A stretch of DNA of 64,000 bases from a bacterium (lineage in GTDB: Bacteria > Zhuqueibacterota > Zhuqueibacteria > Oceanimicrobiales > Oceanimicrobiaceae): positions 28,702 to 92,701 of the forward strand of contig JBHHXN010000004.1 of the NCBI GenBank assembly GCA_046757025.1. The letters run 5' to 3'. The first letter of the stretch is position 1, and each line of letters opens with the position of its first letter. The translations under genes were made by a program, and so were the position numbers. Under the pieces are notes generated by a model that had not been told where the DNA came from, did no database searches, and saw nothing but the letters and a program-made list of their open reading frames with translations. Positions 59,781 to 64,000 of the stretch are shown one piece after another.

Positions 59781-60170
59781 ATGCATAAAATATGGATAGG
59801 ACTGCTTGTGGCACTGGTTATCGGATGTGCCACAAAAAGTTCTCGCTTCATAAAAAGCGGCTACGATACTTACGCCCCCAAACCCGAAGACTACGAAGTA
59901 AAGGTTATCGAAAAAGGCGAGCAGCCCGATCATGAATATGCAATCATCGGATTGGTAGTCGTAGAAGGCAAATCCGATCTTTTGTTTTCCAGTAAACTAA
60001 CCAGGCAGGATATCCTGGAACTACTGAAAAAAGAAGCTAAAAAACACGGAGCAGATGCCATCATGGACATCAAAATGACCAGCGCTGCCAGTGTTCACAC
60101 AGAACCTGAATCGTGGCCGGATGTGCAAGTGGTGAAAAGGTCCGAAGCAAAAGCCATTGTATTTAAGTAG
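59781..60170 (+). CDS. Small lipoprotein, tandem copy 2
   Basis: VIGC lipobox; 'LLKKEAKKHGADAIM..AKAIVFK'; GAGGAG RBS before ATG 59781. Confidence 0.7.
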   Translation: MHKIWIGLLVALVIGCATKSSRFIKSGYDTYAPKPEDYEVKVIEKGEQPDHEYAIIGLVVVEGKSDLLFSSKLTRQDILELLKKEAKKHGADAIMDIKMTSAASVHTEPESWPDVQVVKRSEAKAIVFK

Positions 60171-60333
60171 TGATCGAACGAACGCTCCCAAAAATGTCAT
60201 TTCGACGGTGGAAAGCGGAAGATAAATCTGGTTTGACAAGAATTTGATACTCAAACTCTTTGCCAAATTTCTCATCCCACTGTTGCAGTATTCGAAATGA
60301 CTGTCATTGAATGAGTTTTCGTTTAATCACTAC
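60167..60333. repeat. TIR-bounded REP-doublet element
   Basis: GTAGTGATCGAACGAA / TTCGTTTAATCACTAC ends; internal GTCATTTCGA..TCGAAATGAC. Confidence 0.65.
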
Positions 60334-60387
60334 GCAATCGTATTAAAGCACTTAATTGAGCATTCACTACAATCCAGAGTGAAAACC

Positions 60388-61152
60388 ATGAAATACCCGA
60401 ATAAAATCTTACTGACGTTTCATCTAAATATTTCGTTTCTATATTTAATTTCGTGCGCGAGTCTGAAAGAATCGCAATTCAAATCTAATCCTGAATTTGC
60501 TGCTCAGGCAAATAAATTTTCCATAGCATGCCCGATTCCGAAATTATCCTCCAAATCTCATCATTATACATTTGAAAATGAACAAACAAATACGATCTAC
60601 AAATCCAATGTGACCATTCACTTTCCAGGTTCGCAATCCATCGACAGTGACGATTTGTCGAAGGGAGAAATTCTGAATTCAAAAGAATTTGCCGGCTACC
60701 GGCTTTACATTTCAAACAGCATTGATAGCAGTGAGTTCGAAGTGCTCGGTACCACCGACTTATCTCGCACGACAGAAAAACATTCCAAATCACTTTCAGA
60801 GGAAACCGTCATTTTGCACTACCCAATCGAATTCTGGATTTTTCAAAATGGGAAAGACGTCGGCATGGTTAAAATCCACACTCCTCTTTCAACTCAAATA
60901 ATGAATTTTATTTTACACGAAAGACACTTTGAACTTGAAGTGCAAAAACAATTTAACAAAAGTTACTTTTCAATTAAAACGGAAAACCAACTCATTGCGC
61001 TGGTGGAATTGCAGCCAAAAGCTTTTATTTCAACAAAACTAAAAGGAAAAGCATTCATCCAATCTGAATCTTCTGGTGATGTCACACCAGATATTTTAAC
61101 CATTTTTATTATCGCAGATATGATCAGCAACATAATTGATGAAATGATGTAA
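60388..61152 (+). CDS. Hypothetical lipoprotein
   Basis: ATG 60388 lies outside the repeat; LISC lipobox-like. Confidence 0.6.
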   Translation: MKYPNKILLTFHLNISFLYLISCASLKESQFKSNPEFAAQANKFSIACPIPKLSSKSHHYTFENEQTNTIYKSNVTIHFPGSQSIDSDDLSKGEILNSKEFAGYRLYISNSIDSSEFEVLGTTDLSRTTEKHSKSLSEETVILHYPIEFWIFQNGKDVGMVKIHTPLSTQIMNFILHERHFELEVQKQFNKSYFSIKTENQLIALVELQPKAFISTKLKGKAFIQSESSGDVTPDILTIFIIADMISNIIDEMM

Positions 61153-61223
61153 TTTAATCGAATACGCGTCAACAGCAAACCTGAATTCACGACTAAATTT
61201 CGAAAGAACATTTTACAGGAGTT

Positions 61224-62822
61224 TTGAAAATGAACGCTGATAGGTTGAAAATTCTGGGTACCTTTGCACTGGTTATTCTCATAATTTTGTCAAGCAAAGC
61301 CCGACGAATTTATTCAGAACCCGAAATTAAACAGACACAAAAATTTGTCCAATCAAAAATCATGGTGCATTACATGCCCTGGTTTGAATCGAAACCGTTT
61401 AGTGGAGACTGGGGTTATCACTGGACACTGGGTTCGAAAAATCCCGAAAAAATCGATGAAAAGGGCAAACGGGAAATCGCCTCGCACTTTTACCCACTCA
61501 TCGGGCCGTATGATTCATTCGATCCGGATTTAATGGAATACCATGTTCTGCTGATGAAATTAGCCGGTATCGACGGCATGATCGTCGATTGGTACGGCAT
61601 TGAAGATTACTATGATTATGCCCTGCTGCACCGCAATACTAGTCTGGCATTTGAATATGCCAACAAAGCCGAACTCGAATTCGCGATCTGCTATGAAGAT
61701 CGCACCATTTTTAACATGGTAAATGATAACTATTTCAGCACAGATAATGCCGTGCCGCATGCCCGGCAAGTGATGCAATTTTTACAGGAGAATTGGTTTA
61801 ACCAAAGTCACTATCTAAAAGTAAATGATAGACCCATTTTACTCAATTTTGGTCCGATATATTTCAATTCACCCGCCCAGTGGGACAATATTTTTACTGT
61901 TCTACAGCCAAAACCTTACTTTTTTACGCTGCACTGGGGTATGCCTGCACCGCAGACCGCACCCTATCCATGGGTTTATCTGGAGCCCGGTCAGACAGGC
62001 GGCCCAACTCAAGAACAGGTTGAAAGATTTTTTAATGAATTTTTTCAATACGTTGTTCCGAATCGAGAAGTGGTCATTGGAGCGGCCTTTCCGGGTTTTC
62101 AGGACTATTACAAAGAAGCAGGTTCCGGCGAATCGTACGGTTACCTGAATCCAAGAGACGGACAGACTTTCACAACTTCGCTCACAAAATCGTTGGCATA
62201 TAACTCTGATATTATTCAAGTCATTACCTGGAATGATTTTGGAGAGGGCACTAATGTTGAACCAGCAGAAGAGTATGGTTACAGCTATTTAGAAATCATC
62301 CAGAACCTGCGGAGAGAATATATTGACACCGCCTTTCTTTTTACCAATGAAGAATTAGCGCTGCCAAAACAAATACACGATTTCAGAAAGAGTTACACTG
62401 ATAATCAGGACATTATGACCAAACTCGATGAGGTGTTTGCGCATATTGTTTCTGGCGAATTGTCACAAGCAAAAGACCTGCTAAACGAGATTTCCACGCT
62501 CACGTCGGTACAAATCGAAAGTGGGGAACTTCCAAACAAATTCAGACTATCCCAGAACTACCCCAATCCGTTCAATCCAACCACTACCATCACCTACACG
62601 ATTCCCGAGCTACAAAATCAGTCGCCAGTCAAATTGGAAATCACCAATCTGTTAGGTCAGAAAGTCCATACACTTGTGAACACGAAGCTGCGCGCCGGCA
62701 CGTATACCATTCAATGGAATGGTATCGATTCGAATGGACTGATAGTCTCCAGCGGTGTTTATATTTACCGCTTAGTTGCTGGGGATTTAGTTCACCGAAA
62801 AAAAATGATCCTGATGCGATAA
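61224..62822 (+). CDS. GH71/GH99-like glycoside hydrolase with T9SS sorting domain
   Basis: VHYMPWF, SHFYPLIGPYDS, GIDG, ITWNDFGEGT; C-terminal QNYPNPFNP..SGVYIY..KKMILMR. Confidence 0.8.
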   Translation: MKMNADRLKILGTFALVILIILSSKARRIYSEPEIKQTQKFVQSKIMVHYMPWFESKPFSGDWGYHWTLGSKNPEKIDEKGKREIASHFYPLIGPYDSFDPDLMEYHVLLMKLAGIDGMIVDWYGIEDYYDYALLHRNTSLAFEYANKAELEFAICYEDRTIFNMVNDNYFSTDNAVPHARQVMQFLQENWFNQSHYLKVNDRPILLNFGPIYFNSPAQWDNIFTVLQPKPYFFTLHWGMPAPQTAPYPWVYLEPGQTGGPTQEQVERFFNEFFQYVVPNREVVIGAAFPGFQDYYKEAGSGESYGYLNPRDGQTFTTSLTKSLAYNSDIIQVITWNDFGEGTNVEPAEEYGYSYLEIIQNLRREYIDTAFLFTNEELALPKQIHDFRKSYTDNQDIMTKLDEVFAHIVSGELSQAKDLLNEISTLTSVQIESGELPNKFRLSQNYPNPFNPTTTITYTIPELQNQSPVKLEITNLLGQKVHTLVNTKLRAGTYTIQWNGIDSNGLIVSSGVYIYRLVAGDLVHRKKMILMR

Positions 62823-63286
62823 AGACCATTGGCGATTTGCATAAGGAATTTCCAAAACCTCCCGAATGTTATAACTTTCAGGAGGTAAATAAAAAGGTTT
62901 TCTGTGCTGTATTCAAAATATGAATCCAAGTAAATGGGCACATATCAACTCAATCCACACAACCATTTTTTTGTATTTTCCCGTTAGCAACAGATTGAAT
63001 TTGAATGCTCCAAATCTGCATTCCCTGAAAACTTTTCTTCAACTCAGTTTTATTCCAAACACTGGATTAATTCTTATCCTCCCAGAAATAACTATCTGAG
63101 AACAGAGAGATTTTTTTCATTCAAAATTACTATACAGATAACGGATTATAAAAATCTACCGTAATCACAGGTTTGGGAATGGCGGCAAGTCCCTGTCCTC
63201 CATTCGCATACTCCAAATTATGTAGCAGCAAATCTATTCTGTCCTCAGGACGAGGACAGCCAACCAACGAAAGGAGTCGTAAACCC

Positions 63287-64000
63287 ATGATCCAAAAACT
63301 CTCTCCCGTTTACAAATCCGGACTCCGGGTGCTCGACGAAGCACACGAGAAACTGCGGTTTCCTCAGCTCACTCAGCACGGTATGGACATTTTGATGTAC
63401 GGCCTGCGGCTGAAAAAACAAGAATGGAAAAAGGAGGAATGGCGCTATTTCTGCGATTATTTGAGTGTTTCGCATCCTCTTCGCAAAATCGTGCATCAGG
63501 ATCCCATCACTTTCCGTTCCTTTTCCAAACCCCGGGGCTACGCCGGCGATGCGGTTTTACTGGATTATTTGTACGGCGAGCCTGCGGTGAATGGCTCGGT
63601 TAAAGAAAATACAGAAATCGGGTAGGCGATTTTTAAATATCAACAGTCCTGTCCCTCGGCGGAAGCCGTGCGCTGGCGGCGCAAGCTGCTGTCAAAACTG
63701 ATCAACGACACAGCCTATCGCACGCCTGAGTCCGAAATCCTGTCGGTAGCGTGCGGGCACCTACGGGAAGCACAAGATTCGGTGGCGGTGCAAACAGCGC
63801 TGGTGAAAAGACTGGTGGCGCTGGACCAGGATGAGGAAAGTCTCACCACCGTTGAAAGCAACAAAAACGGCGCCAATATCGAATGCGTGCATGGCAACAT
63901 CAAAAAGCTCATCACTGGCAAACTGCCGATCGGCAAATTTGACTTCATCTACTCCGCGGGTTTGTACGACTATCTCAACGATTCCGCCGCCAGCCTTCTA
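63287..64000 (+). pseudogene. Class I SAM-dependent methyltransferase (PhcB-like), interrupted by an in-frame TAG at 63623-63625; runs off the window
   Basis: AAGGAG RBS, ATG 63287; KPRGYAGD; after the TAG the same frame stays open with ILSVACGHLRE, LDQD and FDFIYSAGLYDYL. Confidence 0.75.

Noticed and set aside
1191..60333. CRISPR array
   Set aside because: The repeats are dispersed palindromic elements, not regularly spaced direct repeats with unique spacers; no cas genes.
54187..62822. Integron-like cassette array
   Set aside because: The genes are co-oriented, but I see no recurring attC-like spacers and no integrase.

Overview
Bacterial chromosomal window, most consistent with an FCB-group organism such as candidate division KSB1 or Calditrichota. 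This is an inference from the T9SS-type 'QNYPNPFNP' C-terminal domains, the short 282-aa RpoD-type sigma factor and the divIVA-punA-ileS-dksA-lspA-rluD order. Housekeeping genes include nfuA, moaA, rnhB, yraN, yggX, rluD, lspA, dksA, ileS, punA, divIVA, a sigma-70 factor, a glyoxylate reductase and a proline dehydrogenase. Notable elements: (1) a ~17 kb candidate envelope glycolipid/phosphoinositide-type biosynthesis and export locus (6.7-23.5 kb) with an NTP-transferase/CDP-alcohol phosphotransferase fusion, two tandem paralogous radical SAM enzymes, two GT4s, an AsnB amidotransferase, a flippase, and MMPL + MlaC-DUF3047 + TolC + MlaC; (2) a B12/radical SAM selenoprotein whose ORF-track stop is an in-frame UGA in a C-U-A-E-P tail followed by a hairpin; (3) a Ser/Thr kinase-TPR plus GAF/sigma-54 activator pair upstream of an array of secreted, T9SS and lipoprotein genes; (4) two genes interrupted by a single in-frame TAG; (5) a candidate ~70-nt sRNA with a near-consensus promoter, a terminator and an anti-RBS motif; (6) many 110-270 bp TIR-bounded REP-doublet elements. 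No rRNA, tRNA, CRISPR array or transposase was recognised. All family assignments come from motif recognition by eye; no searches were run.
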